Source: an uncultured Verrucomicrobiae bacterium
GTDB lineage: Bacteria > Verrucomicrobiota > Verrucomicrobiia > Chthoniobacterales > JAFAMB01
DNA length: 64,000 bases
Reading direction: 5' to 3'
Assembly: GCA_963762565.1 (NCBI GenBank)
Contig: CAVXLD010000003.1
Span: forward strand, 544,001 to 608,000
This document shows positions 18,740 through 28,911 of this stretch, piece after piece. Each line of letters starts with the position of its first letter. The stretch's first letter is position 1. A program made the translations under genes and the position numbers. The notes beneath the pieces are model-generated. The model was not told the origin of the DNA. It worked only from the letters and a program-made list of their open reading frames with translations, and did not search any database.

Positions 18740-19075
18740 ATGCCGACGTACGAATACCGCTGCGAGAAGTGTAACGAAACGTTCGAATTGTTTCAATCCA
18801 TGAAGGATGACGCGCTGCAGGTTTGCCCGCAGCAGCAGTGCCGGATGGAAACGTGGGGTCAAGGGAAAGTGAAGCGGTTACTTGGTACCGGCGCAGGTCT
18901 TATCTTCAAGGGCTCAGGATTTTACATCACAGACTACAGGAGCAAAAGCTACACTGAGGCTGCCAAAAAGGAGAGCGGCAGCAAAGAAAGCGGCGGGGCC
19001 AAGACTGAGAGTAGCGCCCCGAAAACCAGTCAAGAAAAGAGTTCAGGCGGAAGCACCTCAAAGTCCGAAAGTTAG
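18740..19075 (+). CDS. FmdB-family zinc-ribbon protein
   Basis: MPTYEYRCEKC...CP...C and FKGSGFYITDY motifs. Confidence 0.92.
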   Translation: MPTYEYRCEKCNETFELFQSMKDDALQVCPQQQCRMETWGQGKVKRLLGTGAGLIFKGSGFYITDYRSKSYTEAAKKESGSKESGGAKTESSAPKTSQEKSSGGSTSKSES

Positions 19076-19250
19076 GTCTCTATTGCAGGAATCAGTAAGT
19101 CAGTGATCATCAGTAATCAGTTGCACAGCCTTGACTGAAGACCGGGTGTCGTTTGCCGGAACCGATTCACCGATTACTGATTACTTAATCAATTGGGATC
19201 ATAGACCATAACTCGGGCGTGACCAATACGGTCGCGACCGATTCGTAGGT

Positions 19251-20003
19251 ATGTCCGGGAAGTCGACCAAGCCGCCTGCGGAGAAAGAAAGCGGTGGCAG
19301 TGCCCCTGCTAAACCTAAAGCATCGAAGGAATCGCCCAAGGCTTACACTGCATCGCCCAAGGCTTACACTGCATCGCCCAAGGCTACAGCGGCATCGCCC
19401 AAGGCTACAGCGGCATCGCTGGAAAAGTTTGACGCTGGTCTCCGACATTTTCTGAATCGAGTCGTTGGAGTCCTCATTGCCAGCTTCTTAGTCGGCTGCC
19501 TGATCACAATTTGCGAGGCGCCGGAGGGATTGCCGGCACCCCAATCTGCAGGGAATGGGCTTGCCGTGATGCAGGTGATTGCCCAGGCCAAAGCGTCGCG
19601 GGGCAGTGATGTGGCTGAGCTAGCCCAGGGCGAAATAAACGATTATTTGGCGCAACGGACGGCTCCACGCGGTTTTCTGTTCGATAATATCAGCCGCTTC
19701 GATGGCGTGGTCATTTCTTTTCAGCCAGGGGTCTGCTTGGTCTTCACCCGGTACTCGATTTTTGGTTACCCGATTTATCTAAATGGCCGGTACAGCGCGC
19801 GGGAAGACTTCGGGCGACCCGCATTCGACAACCGCGGCGGCGCAATCGGCCGGCTAGCAATCGCGCCGGCATTCATGCGGATAGTCCAGTACCCATTCTT
19901 TGGGGAGCTCTGGAACGGGTTCGGTATCGAGCGAGAAACGCTTAATCGATTCCGCAAAGTGGAGTTCGAGAAGGGTTTGGTGAGGCTGGAACCGGAGCAG
20001 TAA
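19251..20003 (+). CDS. Hypothetical single-pass membrane protein with SPKA(Y/T)(T/A)A repeats
   Basis: 250-aa ORF; 21-bp tandem repeat; TM helix. Confidence 0.7.
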   Translation: MSGKSTKPPAEKESGGSAPAKPKASKESPKAYTASPKAYTASPKATAASPKATAASLEKFDAGLRHFLNRVVGVLIASFLVGCLITICEAPEGLPAPQSAGNGLAVMQVIAQAKASRGSDVAELAQGEINDYLAQRTAPRGFLFDNISRFDGVVISFQPGVCLVFTRYSIFGYPIYLNGRYSAREDFGRPAFDNRGGAIGRLAIAPAFMRIVQYPFFGELWNGFGIERETLNRFRKVEFEKGLVRLEPEQ

Positions 20004-20057
20004 GGGGGCGGCGGGGCCCATCGTCCTCGTGCTCGAAAGGTTTGACGGGTCGGCGCG

Positions 20058-20368
20058 GTGTGCGATCACCCAGCGCGTGGAGGGGAGCCGCTTTGGCGCG
20101 CGTAAGGTGACCTCGCAATATTTGGTTCAGCGCTCCCTTGGCCAAAGAATATCGCAACAAGCGGCTCCCGCGAATAACCCAGCGGCTCGCAGCTCTACAG
20201 GCCGCGCTTAAACGAATCGAAAGTCACGGGTAAATGCATCACACTGGGTCCTTCCCGGGAGCCGCCTGTTTTCGCACGTTCCGGCTGGACTGGCATTGCG
20301 ACAAAATGTGCTAGGGCGGCCAGATGCGTGCCAAAGCGGCTCCCCTCCAGGCGCTGGGTGATCGCGCA
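20058..20368. repeat. About 310-bp palindromic element (copy 2), flanked by hexamer inverted repeats at 20022-20039 and 20386-20404
   Basis: Same ends and arms as 11865-12184. Confidence 0.85.
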
Positions 20369-20644
20369 TCGCAGCAACCCACACTCTTTCGAGGACGAGG
20401 ACGAGAACGATTGCCGAGGGCCGATGCGGGCCGCTGATTGTCCCAGAAAACCAGCGAGCAGCCACGAAACGAACAACGGATGACAAAACAGGGGACTTTC
20501 GTATATTGGGCCGGTGTTTCGCCTGACGCGAAGGGAACAAATCTTTATAATCCTATTCTTGTCCGCTATTTTCGTCGGAGCGATCGTGAAACACTTTCGC
20601 GACGCCGCCACCCCGGCTCCGCCACTCTTAGAAAACAGCAGGTA

Positions 20645-21049
20645 ATGCAGAAATCGTTCAACGAAATCGTCGAGGAGATTGTAAGAAAAGATCCGCGGTT
20701 CGAAGCAGCCGCTTATGAGTTCGTAAAGGAGGCGCTGGAATTTACGATCAAGCAAAATAAGCGCAGCCAAACGGGTCTCAACGTCCATGTGACAGCAAAG
20801 GAATTGATGGCGGGGTTCCAGCAATACGCTTTGAAGGAGTTCGGCCCGATGGCAATGACTGTTTTCGAATACTGGCGGGTTACATCTTCTCAGGATGTAG
20901 GAGACATTGTGTTCAATCTGATCGGTGCCGGAGTCTTCGGCAAAACAGACTCTGACAGCCCGGGAGATTTCCAAGACGGCGTGGACTTTCAGGAAGCTTT
21001 TGTTGCTCCCTTCGAGCCGCTAAAAACCAGCACCGCGAAAAGATCGTAG
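20645..21049 (+). CDS. Verrucomicrobia/Planctomycetes-restricted protein (Minf_1886 family)
   Basis: DPRF...AYEFV.EAL, HV...EL..G...A..EFGPMA..V...W and D.G.IVFNL motifs. Confidence 0.8.
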   Translation: MQKSFNEIVEEIVRKDPRFEAAAYEFVKEALEFTIKQNKRSQTGLNVHVTAKELMAGFQQYALKEFGPMAMTVFEYWRVTSSQDVGDIVFNLIGAGVFGKTDSDSPGDFQDGVDFQEAFVAPFEPLKTSTAKRS

Positions 21050-21064
21050 CTTCGGGCGCAACTA

Positions 21065-23578
21065 ATGGATGCTCCTGAGATTTCGGTGGAAAAATCCACC
21101 CTGGCAAACGGTCTGACTCTATTAATAGCACCGGATCACTACGCCAATGTAGCCAGTGTGCAGGTTTGGTGTGAAACCGGCAGCGTGCACGAGGGGGAGT
21201 GGGTCGGTGGCGGCCTAACCCATTTGCTCGAGCACATGCTTTTCAAGGGGACAGCCAAACGAAGCGCTAAAGAGATTAGCGGGGAAATTCATCAAGCCGG
21301 CGGATACCTGAATGCCTATACCTCGTTCGATCGCACGGTTTTTTGGGTGGATTGCCCGGCTGCTGCAGTCTCGACCGCTTTGGATCTTGTGGCCGACATG
21401 TTATTCGAGTCGGTAATCGACGAAGAAGAAATGAGCCGGGAGATGGATGTCATCCGGCGGGAGTTCGATTTGGGCTATGACGATCCGGATCGAACTTTGA
21501 GCCATCTGACTTTCGCTACGGCCTATCAAGTGCATCCGTGCCGTTACCCAGTTATCGGTTTGCGCCGGAGCTTCGACCAGATCGACAGGGAGACCCTGTT
21601 AGCCTATTACAGGCGCCGCTATGTTCCGGAGAACGTTTTTGTAGTGGTTTCGGGTGATGTCCAGGTGGAGCAGGTGCAGGGGTGGGTTCAGAGGAGCTTC
21701 GGAGCCGTATCGCCAAGGCCGGCGGCGCCAATGGTAATTCCGGCCGAGCCTCCGCAGGTGGGCCGGCGTGATGAGACGGAGTCTTTTGAGACAGCAATTG
21801 GTTATTTTAACCTGGCATGGCATGTGCCCGCGGTCTTCCATCAGGATGTACCTGCGCTCGATGTGCTTTCTATCCTGCTGGGCGGCGGGGCCAGCTCGTT
21901 TCTTTTCGAGGAAGTGCGGGAAAAACTAGGAGTGGTTCATTCAATCGGGGCATATGCCTTCACTCCGGCTTTTCCGGGATTACTAACGGTATCTGGGACG
22001 TGCCCGATTGAGAATATTGATGGGATCGATGAGATAGTACTCACTAAACTTGCAGCTTGGAGAAAGCAGGGCCTGGGTGCAGATGGGCTCGCTAAAGCCA
22101 AGCGGATTATTTGGGTGAGCGCTTTAGAACAGTTGCAAAGCGTGCGAGGCGTCGCGTCGGATATTGGGCTAAACTGGCTTTACACCAGAAATCTCAAGTT
22201 TAACCGACGTTATCTCGAGCGGGTCGAGGCCGTATCCTTCGAGCAAGTCCAAGCAGTATTTGATCGTTATCTAAAGGAGGACAGTCTGAACGTCGTCTCG
22301 GTGCGTCCCAAGACCTTGGCGCGGAGCGCATCAACGCGGAGCCTGCCTGAAAAGAAGAACCAGGTCCGAGTATTACCGAACGGCGTGCCGGTGGTGCTAA
22401 TTCCCGACGACCGGCTACCCCTTCTGCATGGGACCCTGGTATCGGCAGGAGGCGTGCTGACGGAACCGCCGAAAAGAGGTGGGATTGGCCGGCTCTACAC
22501 CCAGTGCTTGTTGAAAGGAACCGCGAAAAGGAGCGCTCAAGAGATCGCGGACATGGTCGAGAGCTTAGGCGGTTCTCTTTTCGGGGATTCCGGTTACAAC
22601 TCCTTTCGTTTTGGCTTCGGTTCGCTGTCGGACGATTTCGGGCGAGTACTGACCCTATTTACAGAGATTTTGTCAGGGCCCACGTTTCCAGAGGATGCGA
22701 TCGAGAGGGAGAGAGCGAGCCAGATCGCGGCCATCGAGGCGGACGAGTCACAGTCCGGTGTAATCGCGCGCAACACGTTGCGGAGCGCCATCTATGGGAG
22801 TCATCCCTACGCCGCGAACCCGCTGGGGACCACGGCGAGCGTCGCTAACATTGAGCGCGCGGATCTGACCCAGCTCCACGAGTGGGTGAAAACCAGCACG
22901 GCCTGGGCTCTCGGTATCTGCGGCCATTTTGATGAAGAGAAATTGTGGAAAGAGCTTTGCCAAACTGTTGGATCGCTCCCGCAGCGGCCTGCTGGCTACT
23001 CATTCGACATGCCGGCGGTGAAGCCGTTTGCGGCGCAGACAATCGTGGAACGGAACGAAAAACATCAGGCATTCGTAACCATGGGGTATCTTGCCTGTAC
23101 TCTGTCTGATCCTGACCGGGTCGCTTTTGAAGCTCTGGATGAAGCGGCCGGGGATGCCAGCTCGCGCTTCTTTGTTAAACTCCGAGAGGAGCTGGGACTC
23201 GCTTATTCTGTCGGAACCTCTCTGGCGCTGGGCTTGGCGCCGGGTCTATTTACAATGTATGCCGCTACGGCTCCAGAGACGGCGGAAGAGGTGGCGAAGC
23301 TGTACCACGAAGAAATCGACGCGCTGGCGTCAGACGGCTTATCTGAAGAAGAATTGCGCCGGTCTAAGAAGAAGCTGCTAGCCCAGTTGGGATTCCAGAA
23401 ACAAAATCTGGAGTCCTATTGCCACAGTCTAACGCTCAACCAGTTGTACGGATTCAGTCTGGACTACTTTGACCAACGCCAGAGACAGATCGAAGAACTG
23501 ACGACCCAAGATTTGCTGGGGGTATGTCACAAATATTTGATGGATAAACCGGCCACAACGGTGATTGTAAAGTCTTAG
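21065..23578 (+). CDS. M16 family zinc peptidase (inverzincin)
   Basis: HLLEHMLFKGT and NAYTS motifs; duplicated, degenerate second half. Confidence 0.95.
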   Translation: MDAPEISVEKSTLANGLTLLIAPDHYANVASVQVWCETGSVHEGEWVGGGLTHLLEHMLFKGTAKRSAKEISGEIHQAGGYLNAYTSFDRTVFWVDCPAAAVSTALDLVADMLFESVIDEEEMSREMDVIRREFDLGYDDPDRTLSHLTFATAYQVHPCRYPVIGLRRSFDQIDRETLLAYYRRRYVPENVFVVVSGDVQVEQVQGWVQRSFGAVSPRPAAPMVIPAEPPQVGRRDETESFETAIGYFNLAWHVPAVFHQDVPALDVLSILLGGGASSFLFEEVREKLGVVHSIGAYAFTPAFPGLLTVSGTCPIENIDGIDEIVLTKLAAWRKQGLGADGLAKAKRIIWVSALEQLQSVRGVASDIGLNWLYTRNLKFNRRYLERVEAVSFEQVQAVFDRYLKEDSLNVVSVRPKTLARSASTRSLPEKKNQVRVLPNGVPVVLIPDDRLPLLHGTLVSAGGVLTEPPKRGGIGRLYTQCLLKGTAKRSAQEIADMVESLGGSLFGDSGYNSFRFGFGSLSDDFGRVLTLFTEILSGPTFPEDAIERERASQIAAIEADESQSGVIARNTLRSAIYGSHPYAANPLGTTASVANIERADLTQLHEWVKTSTAWALGICGHFDEEKLWKELCQTVGSLPQRPAGYSFDMPAVKPFAAQTIVERNEKHQAFVTMGYLACTLSDPDRVAFEALDEAAGDASSRFFVKLREELGLAYSVGTSLALGLAPGLFTMYAATAPETAEEVAKLYHEEIDALASDGLSEEELRRSKKKLLAQLGFQKQNLESYCHSLTLNQLYGFSLDYFDQRQRQIEELTTQDLLGVCHKYLMDKPATTVIVKS

Positions 23579-23595
23579 ATCATCAGGAGTTTTGT

Positions 23596-24030
23596 ATGGC
23601 AGAATACCAAAACACGCCCGTTTCTTCGGGCGAAATGGCGCAGCGATTCATCGAGTTTGTGATGATGCAAGCCCAGAATGCGGCGTTTATGCTTGGGCAA
23701 ATCCCGCATCCACAGACCGGAAAGGCGGAAGTGAATCTGGATATGGCGCAGTTGTTGATCGATCAACTGGTCATGATCCAAGAGAAGACCAAGGGCAATC
23801 TGACCCACGACGAAGGCCGGATCTTGGCAAATGCGTTGGCGAATCTGCAGATCGCCTTTGTAGAAGTCGCTCAAAGGCAGCGGTCGGGCGGCTCAGTGAG
23901 TCCAGCACCGGAACCAGTCAGCCCCTCGAAACCGGAGGCTGAAAGTCAGGGTTCTCCCATTGGTGAAGCCACTGGAACCGGCGCCGAAGGCGACGGTAAA
24001 CGGAAATTTGTAAAAAGTTACGGCTCTTGA
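23596..24030 (+). CDS. DUF1844 domain protein
   Basis: LGQIPHP.TG...NL..A...ID.L....EKTKGNL motif. Confidence 0.85.
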   Translation: MAEYQNTPVSSGEMAQRFIEFVMMQAQNAAFMLGQIPHPQTGKAEVNLDMAQLLIDQLVMIQEKTKGNLTHDEGRILANALANLQIAFVEVAQRQRSGGSVSPAPEPVSPSKPEAESQGSPIGEATGTGAEGDGKRKFVKSYGS

Positions 24031-24842
24031 CGCGTACGTTTACGGTTGGGTCGGTTCAGACCGGCGGAGCCAGGCCGCTTTTTATTCTGGGGCCGTGTGT
24101 CATCGAATCGGAGGCGTTCCTGTGGACGATGGCAGAGGAGCTGTCTAGCCTGGCGCAGTCGCGACAGCTGTCTTGGATTTTCAAGGCCTCCTACGACAAA
24201 GCCAACAGGACATCTGCAAAATCGTACCGTGGTTTTGGGGTCGAAGAAGGTTGCAAACTCCTCCGAGCGGTTGGTGATAAGTTCAAAGTACCGGTTACGA
24301 CCGATGTCCACTCGCCGGAGGAAGCGAAACGCGCCGCCGATTACGTCGACTTGCTACAGATCCCGGCCTTTCTTTGCCGTCAGACCGACCTGATTCGGGC
24401 GGCCGCGGAGACGGGGAGACCGGTCAATGTAAAAAAGGGACAATTTTTGGCTCCGTGGGACGTTCGAAATATAGCCGAAAAATTAGAAAACTTTGGTTGC
24501 AAGAGCTACGTCTTCACAGAGAGGGGCGTAAGCTTTGGCTACAATAATCTTGTGGCTGACATGCGTTCGTTGTACTGGATCAAACAACAGGGCTATCCCG
24601 TGATTTTCGATGCGACGCATTCCGTGCAGCGACCGGGGAGCGCCGGTGACGCAACCGGCGGTGACGGGGAGTTGGCTCCAGTTCTGGCGAGGGCGGCAGT
24701 GGCTGCGGGGTGTGACGGGATCTTCATTGAGACGCATATTGACCCGGCCAAGGCGCTCTCGGATGGGCCGAACCAAATCCCTTTAAAAGAATTACCCAAT
24801 TTATTGTCTCAACTACAACGGATCCATGAAATCGTGCATTAA
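24027..24842 (+). CDS. kdsA: KDO-8-phosphate synthase
   Basis: GPCVIES, KASYDKANRTS and DATHSVQ motifs. Confidence 0.97.
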   Translation: MTRTFTVGSVQTGGARPLFILGPCVIESEAFLWTMAEELSSLAQSRQLSWIFKASYDKANRTSAKSYRGFGVEEGCKLLRAVGDKFKVPVTTDVHSPEEAKRAADYVDLLQIPAFLCRQTDLIRAAAETGRPVNVKKGQFLAPWDVRNIAEKLENFGCKSYVFTERGVSFGYNNLVADMRSLYWIKQQGYPVIFDATHSVQRPGSAGDATGGDGELAPVLARAAVAAGCDGIFIETHIDPAKALSDGPNQIPLKELPNLLSQLQRIHEIVH

Positions 24843-25338
24843 GCTCGTCGCGATTCTCGGCCTTGTAGGGCTCACCGGGGTAGAGCTATGGGCTGATAAA
24901 CCGAAACAACCGAAACCGGACCGTAAGATCGATATTCCGATACCGGTGGGCCACGATGCCAAGGGATTGAGGCTGCCGATTCGAAATGATGACGGAAAAC
25001 TGCAAGCCGTGGTGGACGTAGAAAAGGTACGCCGGCTGGACCAAGCCAATGTCGAGATGCACAATTCGACGATTCAAACCTACGACGAGCAAACGGGAGA
25101 GCCGAGCGCGAAGGTTGAAATGGTCAACTCCGTAATGAATACGGAGACGAACGTCATAACGACCCATGATCCGGTGATCATTACCCGAGCTGACTTCCGG
25201 CTCACTGGGGACAGCGCCGTATTCAACACTAAGACGCGCCAGGGAAAAGTGATCAAGAACGTCACCTTGATTATCTTTAATCGGGATGAGCTAAAGAAGA
25301 AGAACCCGGAAGAAGTATCGGCCAATGAACAGAAGTAG
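24826..25338 (+). CDS. lptC: LPS export protein, LptC-like
   Basis: N-terminal anchor, beta-rich sequence, and position between kdsA and lptA. Confidence 0.65.
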   Translation: MKSCIKLVAILGLVGLTGVELWADKPKQPKPDRKIDIPIPVGHDAKGLRLPIRNDDGKLQAVVDVEKVRRLDQANVEMHNSTIQTYDEQTGEPSAKVEMVNSVMNTETNVITTHDPVIITRADFRLTGDSAVFNTKTRQGKVIKNVTLIIFNRDELKKKNPEEVSANEQK

Positions 25339-26206
25339 ACTTATTTGGTTCTTAGTTATTGGCTTTTGTCCTGGCCTCGTCTGGGCGCAGACTACGGGTT
25401 CTCCAAAACCTAGCGCACGAGCTTCGGCCCACGCGGCGGGTTCCGCAGCCGGAACAAATAAAAAGGGGACGGAAAAGGGTACGGCCGACGCCAAGAAAAC
25501 GCCGGGCGCGTTCGGGACTGAGGACTCGGAAAACAAAGGTCCCACGGAAATTACTGCGAAAGAGGAGTCGGATTTTGACGGCAACGCTCATACGGCGACT
25601 TTTGTAGGGAGCGTCAAGGTGATCGACCCTCAATTCACGATGACCACAGACAAGCTGACTGTGTGGATGAACAAGCAGGAGGACGGGGGTGGTATTAAGG
25701 AAGCTCATGCCGATGGAAATGTCATCATTGTTCACGTGAATCAGTCGAAGGACAAAACACAGACCGCCGATGCCAGTGGCAGTCCTCGGACGACACCGGT
25801 TGCGAACACCGCTGTGACTCCGGAGGCGAAGACCTTTGGAAGCACCGGAGTGTTCGGCGAGGGAACCCCGTCCGCCAGCCCCGGCGCTACGCCGCCGGTA
25901 CTGGACACCGGGCGAGCTCAAAAAGCGATTTATAATGCGAAACAGGATGCCGTTACTTTAATCGGCTGGCCGCAAGTGACCCAGGGAGTGAATACGCATA
26001 TCGCCACCGAAGAAGGTACCCGTATGATCCTTTACCGAGACGGACGGTTGCAGACTTTCGGTCCTAGTAGGACTGTTATTGAAGACAAGAAAACGATGCA
26101 GTCGCCTTCCCCTTCCCCCTCTCCCGGAGAGCCTCAACTGGGCCCAAACAACTCGCAGAGGAGACTCGATCCGGATAACGCTCAGAAGAATAATGCTATC
26201 CACTAA
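25325..26206 (+). CDS. lptA: LPS transport periplasmic protein, LptA/OstA-like
   Basis: Signal peptide; ATFVGSVKV...DKL...A.GNV OstA pattern; lies upstream of lptB. Confidence 0.8.
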   Translation: MNRSRLIWFLVIGFCPGLVWAQTTGSPKPSARASAHAAGSAAGTNKKGTEKGTADAKKTPGAFGTEDSENKGPTEITAKEESDFDGNAHTATFVGSVKVIDPQFTMTTDKLTVWMNKQEDGGGIKEAHADGNVIIVHVNQSKDKTQTADASGSPRTTPVANTAVTPEAKTFGSTGVFGEGTPSASPGATPPVLDTGRAQKAIYNAKQDAVTLIGWPQVTQGVNTHIATEEGTRMILYRDGRLQTFGPSRTVIEDKKTMQSPSPSPSPGEPQLGPNNSQRRLDPDNAQKNNAIH

Positions 26207-26978
26207 CCTGACGACCGCCCCGGTACCGCTCCTCTCGACTGAGGATAAGGTCAGCGAGGCTATTCTGAGGACCGAGAAATTGGTCAAGATCTATGGGGGC
26301 CGGGCTGTCGTTAACGGAATCGATATTCATGTGAATCGTGGGGAGGTCGTGGGGCTATTAGGACCAAATGGTGCTGGTAAAACGACGACTTTTTATCTTA
26401 TTGTGGGTCTTGTGCGGCCGAACGGTGGTCGAGTTTTCTTTGATAATCGCGATGTCACTCGCTTCGCGATGCATCGCCGGGCCAGAATGGGGATGGGGTA
26501 TCTGCCGCAGGAAGAGTCGATCTTTCGAAAACTGACCGTCGAGCAAAATATCATGGCGATTCTCGAGATGCTGCCAGGTAAGCGCCGAGAGAAGAAGCAG
26601 CGCTGCGAGCAGCTGCTCCGCCAGTTTGGCATCGAAAATTTGGCCAGGAACCAAGCGTTGACTCTCAGCGGCGGTGAAAAAAGGCGGCTAACGATCGCAC
26701 GTTCGTTGGTCACGAATCCGCAGATGATCATGCTGGATGAACCCTTTAGCGGCGTTGATCCGATTGCCGTCGCTGAGATCCAGCAGCATATCTCAAATTT
26801 GCGGAGCTCCGGCCTGTCCATTCTGATTACCGACCATAACGTCCGCGAAACGCTCGAGATCGTGGACCGAGCCTACCTAGTTTACGATGGCCGGGTTGAA
26901 AGCCAGGGTAGCCGAGAATTTTTGATTAATGACCCGATTAGTCGCCAACTCTATTTGGGTGAACGTTTTCGCATGTGA
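26193..26978 (+). CDS. lptB: LPS export ABC transporter ATPase
   Basis: GPNGAGKTTTFY, YLPQE.SIFRKL, ITDHNVRETL and YLGERF motifs. Confidence 0.97.
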   Translation: MLSTNLTTAPVPLLSTEDKVSEAILRTEKLVKIYGGRAVVNGIDIHVNRGEVVGLLGPNGAGKTTTFYLIVGLVRPNGGRVFFDNRDVTRFAMHRRARMGMGYLPQEESIFRKLTVEQNIMAILEMLPGKRREKKQRCEQLLRQFGIENLARNQALTLSGGEKRRLTIARSLVTNPQMIMLDEPFSGVDPIAVAEIQQHISNLRSSGLSILITDHNVRETLEIVDRAYLVYDGRVESQGSREFLINDPISRQLYLGERFRM

Positions 26979-27022
26979 CGGAAAGAGAGACGGTTCTCTT
27001 CCCGGAAGAACAAGCCAAATCG

Positions 27023-27104
27023 TTGCCGGTCAGTTCCGCTCGCACCAGCGACTGACTTGCGAGATCTCGCAACTGCCGTCGTTGGAGCGGCTGATGATCG
27101 GCAA
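27023..27104 (+). promoter_or_regulatory. Long imperfect hairpin in the hpf leader
   Basis: Nested complementary blocks around the palindrome TTGCGAGATCTCGCAA. Confidence 0.55.
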
Positions 27105-27127
27105 ACAAACAACCAGAAAGGGTTCCC

Positions 27128-27757
27128 ATGCAGATTAGAAATGCAAACCCATCGATCCAAGTAACCGGAAGACATGTCAGCGTTACCGAGGCAATGAAGG
27201 AGTATTGCCGTCGGAAGGCATCAACGCTTCACCTTGATTACCCCAAAATTATTGAGGTGCAGGTTATTCTTGATGTGCAGAAATATCGGCATCAAGCGGA
27301 AGTGATTTTGCACTGCAGCAATCACATCACTCTAGAAGCGAGCTCCACGTCGAATGACATGTACGCGTCGATCGATCAGGTTATGCTGCGCATTGCCCGG
27401 CAAATGCGGAAGTGTAAGACCCGCTTAATAATGCGCAACCATCGTCCAGGACGGCAACAACTAGGACGTGAGATGGCTGAGAACTCAGCTAAGTGGCGCT
27501 GGCTCACAAGCAAAGCGGCATTGGACGGCACTTCAATCGAGGAGTTTGAAAACGAGGAAAAGGTAAGCGGCGAGCCCGAATTGATCCAAACCGAGAAATA
27601 TCCGGTAAAACCGATGTCACCTGAGGAAGCGGTTTTGCAGATGGAGTTTTCGAAGAAACAATTCCTGGTTTTTCTGAATGCGAAAACGGAAAAAGTGAGT
27701 GTGCTGTATCGACGAAAGCATGGCGACTTCGGCCTGATTGAGCCAACTTTCACCTAA
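27128..27757 (+). CDS. hpf: Ribosome hibernation promoting factor, long form (HPF/RaiA)
   Basis: VTGRH...T.A, DMYASID and C-terminal KPMSPEEAVLQM...VLYRR..G.FGLIEP. Confidence 0.95.
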   Translation: MQIRNANPSIQVTGRHVSVTEAMKEYCRRKASTLHLDYPKIIEVQVILDVQKYRHQAEVILHCSNHITLEASSTSNDMYASIDQVMLRIARQMRKCKTRLIMRNHRPGRQQLGREMAENSAKWRWLTSKAALDGTSIEEFENEEKVSGEPELIQTEKYPVKPMSPEEAVLQMEFSKKQFLVFLNAKTEKVSVLYRRKHGDFGLIEPTFT

Positions 27758-27821
27758 CGCGTTCGCGCAGCCATTGACGAACTGAGTGACCGACAGACTC
27801 ACTGACTTTGTGAGAAGATGA

Positions 27822-27923
27822 GGTAGGGACGAGCTCCGGCTCGTCCCTTGATTTTAACAACCGCGGCCATGCTGAATCATCGGAGGACACGTGCCAACGG
27901 ACGAGCAGAGGCTCGTCCCTACC
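27822..27923. repeat. GTAG-type REP doublet
   Basis: GTAG-GGACGAGC-TCCG-GCTCGTCC and an inverted partner ending ...GCTCGTCCCTACC. Confidence 0.85.
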
Positions 27924-27954
27924 GTTCCATCGAGCCAAATGATTTATCCGCCCG

Positions 27955-28911
27955 ATGATCAAAGGCAAACGTCCGTTCATCGAGGTCGGTGAGTTTTACA
28001 GCCGGCACGCGGAAGCTCTTCAGCTCAAATTAGTCGGGCCGGCAATTGGGTTTGACCGCAAAGTCCGGGAGCCAACCATTAATCGGCCCGGCCTAGCGCT
28101 TTCCGGTTTTTTTGTCTACTTCGCCGGAAAACGGATCCAAGTCCTAGGGAACGCCGAATCGAGTTATTTGAAAAGTCTCGACGAGGCGGAAGAGCGCGCG
28201 CGTTGTTTCCAGCTCTGCGCTCAACACATCCCGTGTGTAGTGGTCTCGCGCAGTCTTCCGGTACCGCGTGGTCTACTTGAGGCAGCTGCTGAACATCATG
28301 TGGCCATATTCCGGACCCCGCTGGTCACGATGCGATTCATCAACGCGGCCACGATCGCCCTGGAGATGGATTTCGCGCCGACCTGTACCGAACATGGCAG
28401 CATGGTCGATATTATGGGGATAGGAACCCTGATTCGGGGAAGTAGTGGAATTGGCAAGAGCGAATGCGTGTTGGGCCTGATTGAACGGGGCCACAGCCTG
28501 GTCAGCGACGATGTGACCCGATTCCGGGCGATCGAGGGACGAGAGTTAGTCGGTACAGCTCCCGACCTGACCCGATATCACATGGAAGTGCGAGGTCTCG
28601 GCATCATCAATGTTGCATCCATCTTTGGCGTCGGCAGTATACGCCTGGAGAAGCGCCTTGACTTAGTCGTAACCCTCGTGGATTGGCACGAACTGGAAGA
28701 GGTTGATAGGATTGGACTTGAACGGGAATATTATGACATCCTCGGGATTCGTATTCCCCATATCACCATTCCGGTACGTACCGGGCGAGACCTTGCCCGT
28801 TTGGTGGAAGTTGGGGCGCTGGACCAGAAGCTAAAAAGTTTGGGCCAAAACAGCGCAGTGGAATTTAATCAGCGGCTATTGAGCTTGATGCAAAAGAACA
28901 AGGAGAAGTAA
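27955..28911 (+). CDS. hprK: HPr(Ser) kinase/phosphorylase
   Basis: NRPGLAL.G, G.SGIGKSE, LVSDD and MEVRGLGII motifs. Confidence 0.97.
   Translation: MIKGKRPFIEVGEFYSRHAEALQLKLVGPAIGFDRKVREPTINRPGLALSGFFVYFAGKRIQVLGNAESSYLKSLDEAEERARCFQLCAQHIPCVVVSRSLPVPRGLLEAAAEHHVAIFRTPLVTMRFINAATIALEMDFAPTCTEHGSMVDIMGIGTLIRGSSGIGKSECVLGLIERGHSLVSDDVTRFRAIEGRELVGTAPDLTRYHMEVRGLGIINVASIFGVGSIRLEKRLDLVVTLVDWHELEEVDRIGLEREYYDILGIRIPHITIPVRTGRDLARLVEVGALDQKLKSLGQNSAVEFNQRLLSLMQKNKEK

Noticed and set aside
20438..20644. N-terminal extension of the Minf_1886-like ORF
   Set aside because: The family-like sequence begins at ATG 20645 and the extension has non-protein-like composition.
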